In this document: positions 10,879-21,660 of the stretch, piece by piece | How positions within the stretch are numbered: the stretch's first letter is position 1 | How the letters are laid out: every line of letters starts with the position of its first letter | Assembly: GCA_963789405.1 (NCBI GenBank) | Contig: CAWBKL010000007.1 | Coordinates: 70,276 to 134,275 of the forward strand | Length of the DNA: 64,000 nt | Direction of reading: 5' to 3' | Origin: an uncultured Alphaproteobacteria bacterium | Lineage (GTDB): Bacteria; Pseudomonadota; Alphaproteobacteria; CAWBKL01 | The notes under the pieces: model-generated | Told to the model about the DNA's origin: nothing | Databases searched by the model: none | Seen by the model: only the letters and a program-made list of their open reading frames with translations | Translations under genes and position numbers: made by a program

Positions 10879-11669
10879 TCAGCCGCCGAGCCGCTCGATC
10901 ATCGCCATCGCGGCATGCGGCGCACGCACCTTCGCACCGCTGATGAAATAGATGAAGACGTCATGCTTCTCTTTGGCGGGCTTGGTCGGCTCGCCATAGG
11001 TCTTAAGCCCTTCCGGCGCGACACCCGTCTCCCAAGCGCGGGCGCATTTCATCCACTGATCGAGCGCCTTTTTCGAATAGCCGGTCATTTCGCTTAGGGC
11101 GCAGCGTTGCAGACGCGCATAAGTGAAATCCGCCGTGACATCAGCGATCGCCGGATAGTCTTCGGAATCCGCATAGACGATCGCGATATTGTGCAGGCGC
11201 GCAAGATCAACGAAGGCGGGAACGAGAAAGCTCTTGCTGCGGATCTCGATTGCATGGCGCAGCGGCACGCTGCCAAGCTCATGCGGCAAATCTCAAGAAT
11301 GCGCTGATATCCCGGCGTCGAACTTCTTGTGCGGCGCAAGCTGCCAGAAGATCGGCCCGAGCTTGCCGCCAAGCTCCGAAAGCCCGCTGTTCATGAAACA
11401 CATCGATCAGCTCGCCGGTTTCGGCGAGCACCTTCTTGCCGACAATGTAGCGCGGCGCCTTGACCGAAAAGACGAAATCCTCCGGCGTCTCGTCGAACCA
11501 TTTCTCGAAGCTCGCCGGCGTTTGCGTGCGATAAAACGTGCCGTTGATCTCGATCGTCGTGAGCTTGCGCGGAGGCGAATTCAAGCTCGCGCTTGGCCGG
11601 CACGTCTTTCGGGAAGAACGTGCCGCGCCATTCCTTGAACGTCCAGCCGCCGATGCCGAAGCGGATCAT
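10879..11669 (-). CDS. DUF72 (YecE-like) protein, frameshifted
   Basis: MIRFGIGGWTF...IEINGTFY...FVFSVKAPRY...HAIEIR...YARLQ...GAKVRAP across frames. Confidence 0.8.
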
Positions 11670-13343
11670 GAGCGTTGGATCACGAGTGATAGGTGTCGCG
11701 GAGGGTCGAATAGATCTTTTCGGTCGTCGTGATGAATTCGAGCAGCGCGGGCTGTGCCGTCTTGCGTTGCCTTGATGCCGCGCTTGATCGCCGGAACGAT
11801 ATCGTCCGGCGCGGTGATGCGCTCGCCATAACCGCCAAGCGCTTTGGCGAACTCCGCGTAATTGCCGGAGATGTCGGTGGAGCGATATTTGTCCATCGAC
11901 AACTTCATGATCTGGTTTTCCATCGCCATCGAGAAATTGTTGAAAAGGATGGAAAGCACCGGGATCTTGCACGCGCGCGGCGGTTTCGAAATCCATGCCC
12001 GTCATGCCGATCGCGGCATCGCCCCACACATTGATGCAAAGCTTTTCCGGGTTCGCGATCTTGGCGCCCATCGCAAGGCCGAGCCCATAGCCGAGCTGCG
12101 TGGTCTTGCCCCAGCCGATATAGGTGTGCGGCGCCGTGGTTTGCCAGAACGGCGAAAGCTCGTCGCGGGGTGAGCCGGCATCATGGGTGATGACCGTGTT
12201 CGCGACATCGACGCTCGCCATCAGATCGCGGATCACGCGGTAGGGCGAAAGCGGCGTCGCGTTCGAGTTCCAAGAGCGGCGACCAATCTTTGAGCCAGGC
12301 CTCGCGCTGTTCCGCGATGCGTGCAATCGACCTCCGCCTTTGCGCCCGCGCGGCTTGCCGCCAAGACGATCTTTCACCGCTTCGATGAGCGCGAGTCAGA
12401 GTGAGCTCGCGCATCGCCGATCAGCGCATGCTCGGCCTGCACATTCTTGTTTACGTCCATCGCATCGGCGGTGTTGTGGATGAAGATCTTGCCCTTGGTC
12501 GGGAAACGAATGCCGAAGCCGGTTGCCGTGAAGCTCGCGCCCACACCGAAGACGACATCGGCTTCCTGCACATGACGGAACACTTGCAGCGGCATGGCAA
12601 CACCGCCCGAGCCGAGCGAAAGCTCATGGTTTTCCGGAAACGCGCTCTTGCCTTCCAGGCTCGTCGTCACCGGCGCTTCCAGAAGCTCGGCGAGCTGCGC
12701 GCAACTCCGCCCAGCCGCGCGCATAATGCACGCCCTGGCCGGCATAAATCAGCGGGCGCTTGGCCTCGACCAGCGCTTTCGCCGCGCGATCAACCTCATC
12801 ATCCGCGGGCCGCGAGGGATGGCGCTTGGCCGGCGTGTAATCGAGCTCGCCGGGGATTTCCTCGCCCCACATATCGCCCGGCACTTCGAGCAGCACAGGG
12901 CCCGGCCTGCCATTGCGCGCTTGTGTGAAGGCGCGTTTCATCGCCGGCACGACTTGGCCCGGCACGGTGACCATCTCGCTCCACTTGGTGACATGCTGAA
13001 AATTGAGCGTTGCGTTGAAGCCAGGCTTGACGAAAGCCGTTGCGCGCGCCGAGCCGCCAGGGATGACGACCAAAGGCACCGCCTCCGAATAGGCCTGAGC
13101 CACCGCGCCGAACGCATTCTCAACGCCCGGTCCCGCCTGCATGCAGGTGACGCCCACCGTCTCGCCCTCAGTCATGCGGCTGATTGCATCCGCCATATGC
13201 ACGGCAATGCGCTCCTGGCGCACAATGATCGGCCTGATGCCGGCATCCGCTGCGGAATCGATGAGCGGATTGAGTGGATAGGCCGGAAGGACGCTCGTGC
13301 CCTCGCGCTTCAAGACCTCGGCAATCGCGGCGCCAACCTTCAT
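11666..13343 (-). CDS. Thiamine-pyrophosphate-dependent enzyme (acetolactate synthase-like family), frameshifted
   Basis: RQERIAVHMADA, GRPGPVLLEVP, THDAGSPRD, TPP motif WGDAAIGM...NN. Confidence 0.85.
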
Positions 13344-13695
13344 GAGTTCCTCCCGGGGCGGATTTAGCGGGGGACGTTAGCACCCGCTGCGGATGGGCGC
13401 CAAGGCGAGCGCAGCTCCTCCGTCTACGGATCAATACCCCATTCGATGAACGTGGTAACGCCCTTTCAGCAAGCGCCTTACCACCCTGCAACCGGCGCAG
13501 GTGGCTGCCGCACCGCAACAGGCTCCTCTGACAAAATTTCATTGGCAGGCACAGGGGCACAGCGCTAGGCTCGCTGCCGGCATTAAGACCAATCGAATTC
13601 GGCATTTCGGGGAACGTCACTGGCGGGCACGCCCGCGAGGCTTCATGCCTCAGCGCTCTGCCGGATCCGAAGCTGAATCTGGCGGCGGAGTGATC

Positions 13696-14640
13696 ATGGC
13701 GCACAAGTTCAACTATCTTTCCTCGCTCAATCCAGCGCTGTTTAAGCCGGAAGCAATTGCGCCGGACACGCGCGCCTTCAACGAACGGCTCGCGGCGCCG
13801 CAAAGCGGACCACCGCCGGGAACACCGGGACCGGGCCGTGCCGCACCGCCCAAGTCGGAGCGCGCCGACAATCGCATGATCCCCGGCCCGGGCGGCGCAC
13901 AGCTTCAAGTGCGCATTCTGCCGCCGAATGGGACACCCAAGGGCGTCTACCTCCATTTACATGGTGGCGGGCTGATCATGGGTTCCGCCGATGCACAAGA
14001 CGGCATGCTCGAGCGCATCGCCGACAACACCGGCCAAGTGTGCGTGAGCGTCGATTACCGTTTGGCGCCTGCGCATCCTTATCCCGCAGCATGGGATGAT
14101 TGCGAGGCTGCCGCCGTGTGGCTCGCCAAGAATGCCAAGAGCGAATTCGGCACCGATAAGCTCACGATCGGCGGTGAAAGCGCAGGTGCGACGCTCGCCG
14201 TGCCGGTGCTTGCGCGCATGCGCGATAAGCACGGCTATAGCGGTTTCAAAGGCGCAAATCTTTCCTACGGCAATTACGATACTTCGATGAGCCCGAGCCA
14301 GACCTGGATCGGCGGCCTGCCCGGCATGCTGATTGGCACAGCGGCGATTCAAAACTGCGGCAATGCCTATGCGCCCGACGCTTCCAAGCGCAGGGACCCT
14401 GACATGTCGGCGGCCTATGCCAATCTCAAAGACATGCCGCCGGCGCTGCTTTCGGTCGGCACGCTCGATCCCTTCCTTGATGATTCCCTTTACATGTATG
14501 CGCGCTGGATCGCGGCGGGTAACGATGCCGAGCTTGCGGTCTATCCCGGCGCGCAGCACGCCTTCAATCAGATGCCTTTGGGCGTGGCCGAGCAGGCCAA
14601 TGCCAAGATCGACGCCTTTCTCGCCGATGTGATTGCGTGA
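13696..14640 (+). CDS. Alpha/beta hydrolase, HSL-like (family IV) esterase
   Basis: HGGG oxyanion motif, VDYRLAP, GESAG nucleophile, D..LDD and H-A-F catalytic motifs. Confidence 0.9.
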   Translation: MAHKFNYLSSLNPALFKPEAIAPDTRAFNERLAAPQSGPPPGTPGPGRAAPPKSERADNRMIPGPGGAQLQVRILPPNGTPKGVYLHLHGGGLIMGSADAQDGMLERIADNTGQVCVSVDYRLAPAHPYPAAWDDCEAAAVWLAKNAKSEFGTDKLTIGGESAGATLAVPVLARMRDKHGYSGFKGANLSYGNYDTSMSPSQTWIGGLPGMLIGTAAIQNCGNAYAPDASKRRDPDMSAAYANLKDMPPALLSVGTLDPFLDDSLYMYARWIAAGNDAELAVYPGAQHAFNQMPLGVAEQANAKIDAFLADVIA

Positions 14641-14697
14641 GGCCTTAAAGAAACTCTATGAATGGCGCTCACATGGTGCCGCATCTGGAGACGCGTG

Positions 14698-15476
14698 ATG
14701 ACTGTTGAGCTTTATTACTTCCAACCGCTCGGCACCAATTCGGGCCGTGTTTATCTCGCACTGCTTGAGAAGGGCGTGCCCTTCGTCAAACACGAGCTTT
14801 CGGGGCGCGATTTCGAGCATTTGAAGCCGGAATATTCTCAAGGTCAATCCGCGCGGCCAAGTCCCGGCGATGACGCATAATGGCGTTGCCCTTTATGAGG
14901 GCATGACCATGAACGAATATATCGACGAGGCTTTCGAAGGCCCGCCCCTGCGCCCCGCAGATCTTGTCGAGCGTGAGCGCATGCGCGTGTGGTGCCGCTA
15001 TGCCGAGAACGATCTCGGGCGCTCTTTGATGATGATCAATTGGAACCGCATCATGCCGACCTTCATCGGCGCGCGCGACATGAAGGAAGTGCGATGAGAT
15101 TCTCGCCAAGGTGCCGGATTTGGATCGCCGCCGCTCATGGAAAAGCGCCTTCGAGCAGAAGACGCCGCCGGATGTGATCGAAGAATCGCATCGCCGCTCG
15201 CGCGAAGGCGTTGCCCGCGTCGAAGCGCGGCTTTCGAAGAATCCTTATTTTGCCGGCAAGACCTATTCGCTTGCCGACATCGATTTCTTCAATTTCTGCG
15301 GCGGCATCTTAATGATGTGGATGCCCGAGCTGGTGAACGAGAAGGCGACGCCCGCTTTCTACGACTGGAACCAGCGCATGAATGAGCGCCCGGCCGTTAA
15401 AGAGATGCGGGGCCAGCGATCCGGAATGACAACGCGCGAGCAGATGGAACGCTCGGCCGCACAACAATCACGCTAA
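14698..15476 (+). CDS. Glutathione S-transferase, BaeA-like beta-etherase subunit (two frameshifts)
   Basis: Joined ORFs give MTVELYYFQPLGTNSGRVYLALLEKG...NPRGQVPAMTHNG...RRRSWKSA...YSLADIDFF. NSG motif and layout resemble LigF/BaeA-type etherases. Confidence 0.7.
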
Positions 15477-15487
15477 GGGAGCATTAG

Positions 15488-16258
15488 ATGGCAATCGAGC
15501 TTTATCACTGGGAACCCAATGGCGCTTGCGGCCAAGTGCTGATCGCGCTGAAGGAAAAGGGCCTCGATTTCAAATCGCATTATGTCGATGTGCTCGCTTT
15601 CGAGCAGCATAGCCCCGCGATCCTGAAGCTCAGCCCGACCGGCCAGGTGCCGATCCTCGTCGACAATGGCGAGCCGATGACGGAATCGAGCTACATCATC
15701 GAATATCTCGAAGAGGCTTACCCGGATGTCGCGCTGATGCCGAAGGAACCGCTCGATCGCTGGAAGGTGCGCGTCTGGCAGAAATATGTCGATGACTATG
15801 TCGGCGCGACGGTGAGCTCGCTCGCGTGGGCGAAGCTCGAGCAACAGAGCTTCAAGAACCGCGACCGCGAAAAGCTCAACGCGCAGTTCGCCAAAATCCC
15901 GATGAAGGAGAGCCGCGATCATTGGGTGAAGGCGGTCGATGGCGAAGGCGATGAGGTGATCAACCGCTCGACCGAACGCGAGAAGGAAGCGATCGGCAAG
16001 ATCGAGGATGCGCTCAAATCGAACGAGTGGCTGGCCGGCCCGACCTATTCCCTCGCCGATATTTCGCTCTTCCCTTACATCAATTTCCTGCCGCAAGTGG
16101 CGCCGGAATTGGCGAACAAGACCGCCTCGCCCAAGACGCTCGATTGGCTTGGCCGCATGAAAGCGCGCCCGGCGGTGAAGGCGGCGATGGCGATGGCAAA
16201 GCGCCCCGACCCGTTCGCGACCGTCGCCCCCGGTCCCGAGCATGTGCGTTGGGGCTGA
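15488..16258 (+). CDS. Glutathione S-transferase, BaeB-like beta-etherase subunit
   Basis: LYHWEPNGA N-terminus, MTESSYI, YSLADI; C-terminal APGPEHVRWG resembles the BaeB-type tail; 11 bp downstream of the partner GST. Confidence 0.78.
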   Translation: MAIELYHWEPNGACGQVLIALKEKGLDFKSHYVDVLAFEQHSPAILKLSPTGQVPILVDNGEPMTESSYIIEYLEEAYPDVALMPKEPLDRWKVRVWQKYVDDYVGATVSSLAWAKLEQQSFKNRDREKLNAQFAKIPMKESRDHWVKAVDGEGDEVINRSTEREKEAIGKIEDALKSNEWLAGPTYSLADISLFPYINFLPQVAPELANKTASPKTLDWLGRMKARPAVKAAMAMAKRPDPFATVAPGPEHVRWG

Positions 16259-16269
16259 ACCCTTACTTA

Positions 16270-16416
16270 CCTCTCCCTTGATGGGAGAGGTCGCTCATTC
16301 GAAGCCACGCTTCGAATGAGCGGGTGAGGGTGGGGCTGCAAGCGATCAAGCTTCACCCCTCACCCGATCAATGCCGTTGCCGACATTGATCACCCTCTCC
16401 CACAAGGGGAGAGGGG
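16270..16416. repeat. Alphaproteobacterial intergenic palindromic (REP/RIME-like) element
   Basis: cctctcccttgatgggagagg ... cccctcacccg ... ccctctcccacaaggggagagggg; same family as 6134-6263. Confidence 0.8.
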
Positions 16417-16495
16417 TGCGCGTTAACCATCTTTTCGATTTTTTCTAACCTGCGAGCGAAATTTCGGCATGCGTCTCGCGTGACGCGTGCGAAGC

Positions 16496-16729
16496 TCAGC
16501 CTGTTGCATTACCCTCCTTGATCTTGAGCGCCGCTTCAATCGCTTCCTTGCTCGGCGCGCGCAGCTCATGGAAATAGAACTTGTTGGTTTGATAGCGCCC
16601 CGACCAGAACCACGCGCATTCGAGATAGGATCGGCCTTGCTCTTGGCCGAGCACGGTCATGAACGGCCCGCCGGACCGCAATTGCACGATATCGCCGGGC
16701 GAAAACGGCGAACCGGATAACACGCTCAT
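16496..16729 (-). CDS. YodC/DUF2158 family small protein
   Basis: FSPGDIVQLRSGGPFMTV...CAWF signature; GGAG upstream. Confidence 0.8.
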   Translation of the reverse strand: MSVLSGSPFSPGDIVQLRSGGPFMTVLGQEQGRSYLECAWFWSGRYQTNKFYFHELRAPSKEAIEAALKIKEGNATG

Positions 16730-16985
16730 CTTCCACGCTCCTTACTGCCTTCTGGAGTAAATGGGCGGCAATTGGGTGCCTTCAAGCGGGATAACCTCCG
16801 TACACGGACAGGCTGCCGGGCATAACTTCCAGGCCGCCAGCTATAGGCGCTGACGACTCAACGGATTCGCAACTGGCTCAACGGGGAAAACGCCGCTCGA
16901 AAAATTTCTTCGGCGATTGAGTTTCAGCCCGTTCCCGATCAGAGTCACGGGCATTGATCCGCCCCCCGGAACGGAAGGCGATCAG

Positions 16986-17283
16986 CGTGCATTGGCTCGG
17001 CCAGATCGGCATTTTCGCAGCGATCATCGCCGGGTTTTGGCTGTTCGATCGCCTGATGCTCTGGATGGAAGCGAAGGGCTGGATCTATTGGCGAAGGAAG
17101 AAGCGCAGACCCTCCGGCACTTTGTCATCGATCGAGCTTTTCGCACCCTTCGATCCTAAGCTGCGCCATGTCATCGAAGCGCGGCGCCAAGCCCAAGAAC
17201 AGCGGAGCGAAGAAGAAGACCAGAAAGGTGGCCAAGCTGGCGAGATGATCCCACCAACCGAACATCCGCCGTCTGATGATTAG
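16986..17283 (+). CDS. Small hypothetical membrane protein
   Basis: N-terminal hydrophobic helix, then DRLMLWMEAKGWIYWRR and an acidic tail; start uncertain (GTG at 16986). Confidence 0.55.
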
Positions 17284-17304
17284 CTCAGCGCTTTCAACTC
17301 CGAA

Positions 17305-17357
17305 CGTCATGGCCGGGCCGTCATCCTGAGCTCATCGAAGGATGACCCCGCCATCCA
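17305..17357. repeat. Composite REP-like palindrome
   Basis: cgtcatggccggg-[tcatcctgag...gaaggatga]-ccccgccatcca; inverted homolog at 47169-47219. Confidence 0.7.
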
Positions 17358-17421
17358 TTTTTCAACGCACGTTGCGGAAATCCTCAAGCTGTACTTAGAT
17401 TACCTCTCTGAAGGTAGAGAG

Positions 17422-18165
17422 ATGATAATCCGACCGCCTCTCGTAACCGCACTGGATGCGGCCTATGAAGCCTTTGCGGCCTACCCCCGACCTGAGCGCA
17501 TAGAAGCTTCTCCGGTCCGCAATCCAGCAAAGATTCTGACGACCTTATCAAGCGCACCCCTTCGCTCACTCACGGGAGAACAGATAGGCCCTTACGCAGG
17601 ATGGGCTATCACAACCGTTGGCTCGGTGGTTGACTATAAGCACTTCCTTCCTCGGATCCTTGAACAGGCTATCCGCTCTCCTCAGTGGGTGGGAACACAA
17701 CCTCAGGTGATTGCGTCCAGGCTTAAAATGGCGGAGTGGCGAACTTGGCCGAAGTTTGAGCAGCGGGCAGTGCTCGTAGTATTCCAAACAGCCTATTCGG
17801 CAGCGCTTGAGCAACACCCCGACGACGGTGCCGATGTCTCGGAATGGCTATGCGGGCTTGCCTCACTCGCAGAAGACGTTCGCCCTTTGTTGGATGAGTG
17901 GATCACTGTAGCGACAGGGCAGTCACTCTTGCAGCTCGCTAACCTCGCAACGCAATTGCCCGCGCTGGCATCTCTCGACCCGCACGAGCAGATTTATTGG
18001 GCAGACGTTGTGCCTGAGATCCGGGCCGTAATTGTCGCTTGGCTGATTTCACCTCGGGTCAAAGCAGCGCTCGCAAGAGCGGACGGAATCGGGGAGGATG
18101 ATATGTGGCGCGTTAGCCTAGCAAAGGACGCGCTAGCAGATTTTACTCGGCCAGCGCGTCATTGA
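17422..18165 (+). CDS. Hypothetical protein, atypical codon usage
   Basis: 247-aa ORF with TTVGSVVDYKHFLPRILE motif; visibly more A/T-ending codons than neighbours. Confidence 0.65.
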   Translation: MIIRPPLVTALDAAYEAFAAYPRPERIEASPVRNPAKILTTLSSAPLRSLTGEQIGPYAGWAITTVGSVVDYKHFLPRILEQAIRSPQWVGTQPQVIASRLKMAEWRTWPKFEQRAVLVVFQTAYSAALEQHPDDGADVSEWLCGLASLAEDVRPLLDEWITVATGQSLLQLANLATQLPALASLDPHEQIYWADVVPEIRAVIVAWLISPRVKAALARADGIGEDDMWRVSLAKDALADFTRPARH

Positions 18166-18168
18166 GTT

Positions 18169-19628
18169 TCAGCCGTTGGGCAATTGGTCGCCGGAGACCC
18201 AAAAGCCGTGGATTTGCCCCGGCACCTTGTAGGGCATCTTCACCGTGGCGACCGGCCCTGCTTCCATGTTCATCGTATCGACGATCACGAGGTCGGAACG
18301 CCCGCCTTCCTTATGGCGCGTGGCGACGCCGACAAGATAGCCATCGCCCTCGCCGGCTTTCGCATGACGCGGTGCGAAGCACATCTCGTTGAGCGTTGAA
18401 CCTTCGCCCGCGAGGAAGGTCGATATCTTGCTCGTTTGCTGATCGATCTTGAACCAGCGATTGCCGCCATAGAGAAAGCCGTAGCGGTATTTCACGGTGT
18501 GATAGCGATCATCCTGGCGCGACAGGCCGCCCGGCGCTTCCGGATACATCATGTCGAACGAAAAGCTGTTGGGCGCCTTGGTCGAAAGATCGACGCTCAT
18601 CCGATAGACATTGCCCGCGAAGGCAAGCTTCGGGTCGTTCTCCTCATGGATGTTCGGGAAGAACGGAAACTGATTGCGCGGCGCGCCATCGACATCGATA
18701 TAGAGCCGGTTGCCGTCGGACCAGCAGCCCATCGTATGCGTCGCCATGAAGGGCGGGCCTTTGATCCAATGCATATCGCTGCCATCACCGCCGCGGCGCA
18801 TAACGCCGAGATATGAGGGCAGCGTCGAATCCCAGAACCAGTGCGGGCCGCCTTTCTTCAAAAGCTCTTCATTGGCGGCAAGCGGCGTCACCCACAGCGC
18901 AACATGTTTATCGGTGATGGCGTAATCGTGGATCATGCCGCAATAAGGTGCGGTCACCCAGGCCGACCAATTCACCTTGCCGTCCTTGCCCACCGAGAAC
19001 ACTTCGATGTCTTTCGAGTAGAGCCCCTTGGCTTCATAGCCGAACGCCAAAAGCTCGCCGGTCTCGGAATCGGTCTTGGGATGCGCGGTGAACGTCTCGC
19101 TCTTCATGCCGCCGCCGAATGTGTAGTAATCATCGGTCGTCTCGAGCGTCAAAGGATCCATCACAACGGGCGGCGAATCCTCCTTGAGCGCAAGCAGCTT
19201 GCCGTGGTGAAACCACATTTGCGTGTTCGCCGTGCCGCCCGAGACGCCTTTGACCGATGGATCATTCGTGTACGGATTACGATACATACCGAATAGCGAG
19301 CGGCGCGCGGCATGCTGCGCTTTCCAGCGCTGCGTTTGACCCAGCGGCTCTTGAAATCGACATGGCCGTCCTTGATGCGAAACATCGAGGCATGGCCTTC
19401 GCCGTCGAACGGAATATCGAACTGCCATTTTGGGTCCTTGGGATATTGCGGATCGGGCCCGACGCGATAAAACGCGCCATCGAGATCCTCCGGGATCTTG
19501 CCCTCGACCTCGCAATCATAAAGATCGCCCTCGAGCCGGTGCGTGCCGCCACCTGCCGCGCCGCCGGCGCCAAACGGCGTCGGCCCCGGCCCTTTGGGTG
19601 CCGGCGGAAACTGGATCTGATCTGCCAT
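18169..19628 (-). CDS. Carotenoid cleavage oxygenase family (lignostilbene alpha,beta-dioxygenase-like), frameshift near 19335
   Basis: GAFYRVGPDPQY, FDGEGH, FGMYRNPYT, TANT, LALKED; four Fe-ligand His motifs TAHPK, MIHDY, ATHT and QIHGFW. Confidence 0.88.
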
Positions 19629-19711
19629 GACTTCCTCCCTCTTTGTCCCAGGCTAGCTTTGTGCGAATTTCCGGTCATGAGCTAGGTCAAACCGCCGAGA
19701 ACGCCACGAGA

Positions 19712-20433
19712 TTATCGCGGCCGCGCCATCGCCTTGCACGCCTTCACTGCCGGCCGCTCCTCCATTTTGCGCAGCCATTCGAAGGCGCGCGGCGTCTTGC
19801 GCCTCGGTCAGCGCATCCGGCACGGAACGCTCGACATGCTGCGCGAACGAATAGTTCTTGATGTCGGCCAGCGAATAAGTGCCGGCAAGCCAATCGCCCA
19901 TCGCCGCCAAGCGCTTTTCCATCTTCTCGATCACGGTGCGCACTTTGCGCCGCGAGTCTTCCAGCTCGGCCTCGGTATAGCCTTTGCTCGTCACATGCTC
20001 CCACTTCTTGCGCACTTCATCATTGGCAATGCCGGCGAGCACCTTTTGCTTTTCTTCATCCGCCCATTTCGAGGCGAAGCCCGGTCGCGAAATTGGCGCC
20101 CATCATGGTGATCGCCGGATAGAAATATTCATCACAATATTTCGTCCATTGCCGCATATGCGCGCGCGCCTTGGCAGTCGCCGGCTTGAGCGGAACCTCA
20201 GGAAAAACCTCATCCAGATATTCATTGATGACGGTCGATTCAGTGATCGGGTCGCCATCATGCAGAAGCACCGGCACCATGCCTTCGGGGTTGAGCTTCA
20301 GGAATTCCGGATCATGATGCTCGAACTTGCCGCTGTTGAGCCAGCGGTCTTCGAATTCCAGCCCCTTCTCTTTGAGACAGAGAAGCGGTGTCAACGAGTT
20401 GGAGACCGGTCCGAAATGATAAAGCGCTAACAC
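19712..20433 (-). CDS. ligF: Glutathione S-transferase, LigF-like beta-etherase (frameshifted)
   Basis: (M)LALYHFGPVSNSLTPL..LKEKGLEF...KFEHH...TESTVINEYL...WTKYCDEYF...YSLADIKNY mirrors LigF-type motifs; GGAGG RBS before GTG at 20433. Confidence 0.7.
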
Positions 20434-20651
20434 AAATGCCTCCCAGCCGAGCCTTCTTGTCTGACAAAACATCAATAAATGGCTTGCCGCCGCCGCGCAA
20501 TCGCGGGGGCGCTTGTGATGATGGGCACAGGCGCAAGAGTTAGGCACGGCGTGCGGGCGCTCATGCTGCAGTGCCGTCCTTGATTCAGCGCGGCGGATGC
20601 CTAACTTCGAGGCAACGAGAACGAGAGGCGCGCCCTTGAGCGCGTAAAACC

Positions 20652-21479
20652 ATGACACAGGCTGATGTAATCGAAGGCGATGTGACGGCGCTGTTGCGCT
20701 ACACCATCGACACCGGCGTGAAGCCGGTGAACGAGACCTATGGCCCCGGCGGCATCATGCGGCGCCAAACCGGCGAGATGGACGACAAGGAGATGGTCAT
20801 CCACAACGGCCGGGCCGTGGCGGGCAATCTCACGCTCGACCAACAGGGCTTTGAATTCGTCCGCGCGCCGACCAAGATGAAGAGTTATTTTGACGAAGCC
20901 GAGCTTAAGTCTGTCGGTTATGCCGAGACCAAAGCGCTGATCAAGAAGGTCTCCGGCGCTGCCCGCGTCTACATTTTCGATCACACTTTGCGCACCGGCG
21001 ATGAAGCCGACCGGATGAAGAAGCAAATCCGCGAGCCTGTGCGCGCCGTGCATAATGACTATACCGATTGGTCCGGCCCGCAGCGCATCAGAGACATCTT
21101 CCCCGACAAGGCGGACGAGATATTAAAGCACCGCTTTGCGATCATTCAGGTCTGGCGGCCGATCAATAAGCCGGTCGAAGCCGATCCCTTTGCGCTTGCC
21201 GATGCGCGCTCACTCGACGAGAAAGACTTCATCCCTGCAGAGCGCCGCCACCCGGACCGCGTCGGCGAAATCTATCAGTTCAAGTTCAATCCGCGCCATC
21301 GCTGGTATTATTTCCCGCGCATGACGCGCGATGAAGCGATCGTCTTCAAGGTTTACGACTCGGCGAAAGATGGCCGCGCCCGCTGGACCGGGCATACGAG
21401 CTTTGAAGATCCGGCAACGCCACCCGGCGCTCCCCCGCGCGAAAGCATCGAGTTCCGCACCTTCGCCTTCTTCGATTGA
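20652..21479 (+). CDS. CmcJ/NvfI/AsaB-like oxidoreductase
   Basis: TLDQQGF, FDHTLR, VHNDYT, QVWRPI, HRWYYFP, HTSFED and RESIEFR motifs. Confidence 0.8.
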   Translation: MTQADVIEGDVTALLRYTIDTGVKPVNETYGPGGIMRRQTGEMDDKEMVIHNGRAVAGNLTLDQQGFEFVRAPTKMKSYFDEAELKSVGYAETKALIKKVSGAARVYIFDHTLRTGDEADRMKKQIREPVRAVHNDYTDWSGPQRIRDIFPDKADEILKHRFAIIQVWRPINKPVEADPFALADARSLDEKDFIPAERRHPDRVGEIYQFKFNPRHRWYYFPRMTRDEAIVFKVYDSAKDGRARWTGHTSFEDPATPPGAPPRESIEFRTFAFFD

Positions 21480-21660
21480 TCGGGTTGTCCGCATCGGCAC
21501 GCTGAGCGCCACCGCGCGTTCGCAACGTCTGCGCCGGATTCGAGCGGCGCGGCTTCGCGCGCTCCTTAACACGCGCCGCGTTGCGCACAAAGCGCGCAGA
21601 TTGTAAAGACTTGCGGCCGGCAGCCGGGCCGTATTCCCTCCATCCCGCAAGTCATCACTC

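Noticed and set aside
6134-16416. Palindromic repeats as a CRISPR array or ncRNA genes
   Set aside because: The copies are dispersed and intergenic, with no repeat-spacer periodicity and no cas genes; they are typical REP/RIME-like elements.
6800-20100. Cluster of frameshifted genes suggesting mass pseudogenisation or programmed frameshifting (also at about 43740, 49900, 50690 and 55060-55630)
   Set aside because: The breaks are single-base indels in otherwise well-conserved genes, without accumulated stops or consistent slippery motifs. Long-read consensus error is the simplest explanation, though reads are needed to confirm.
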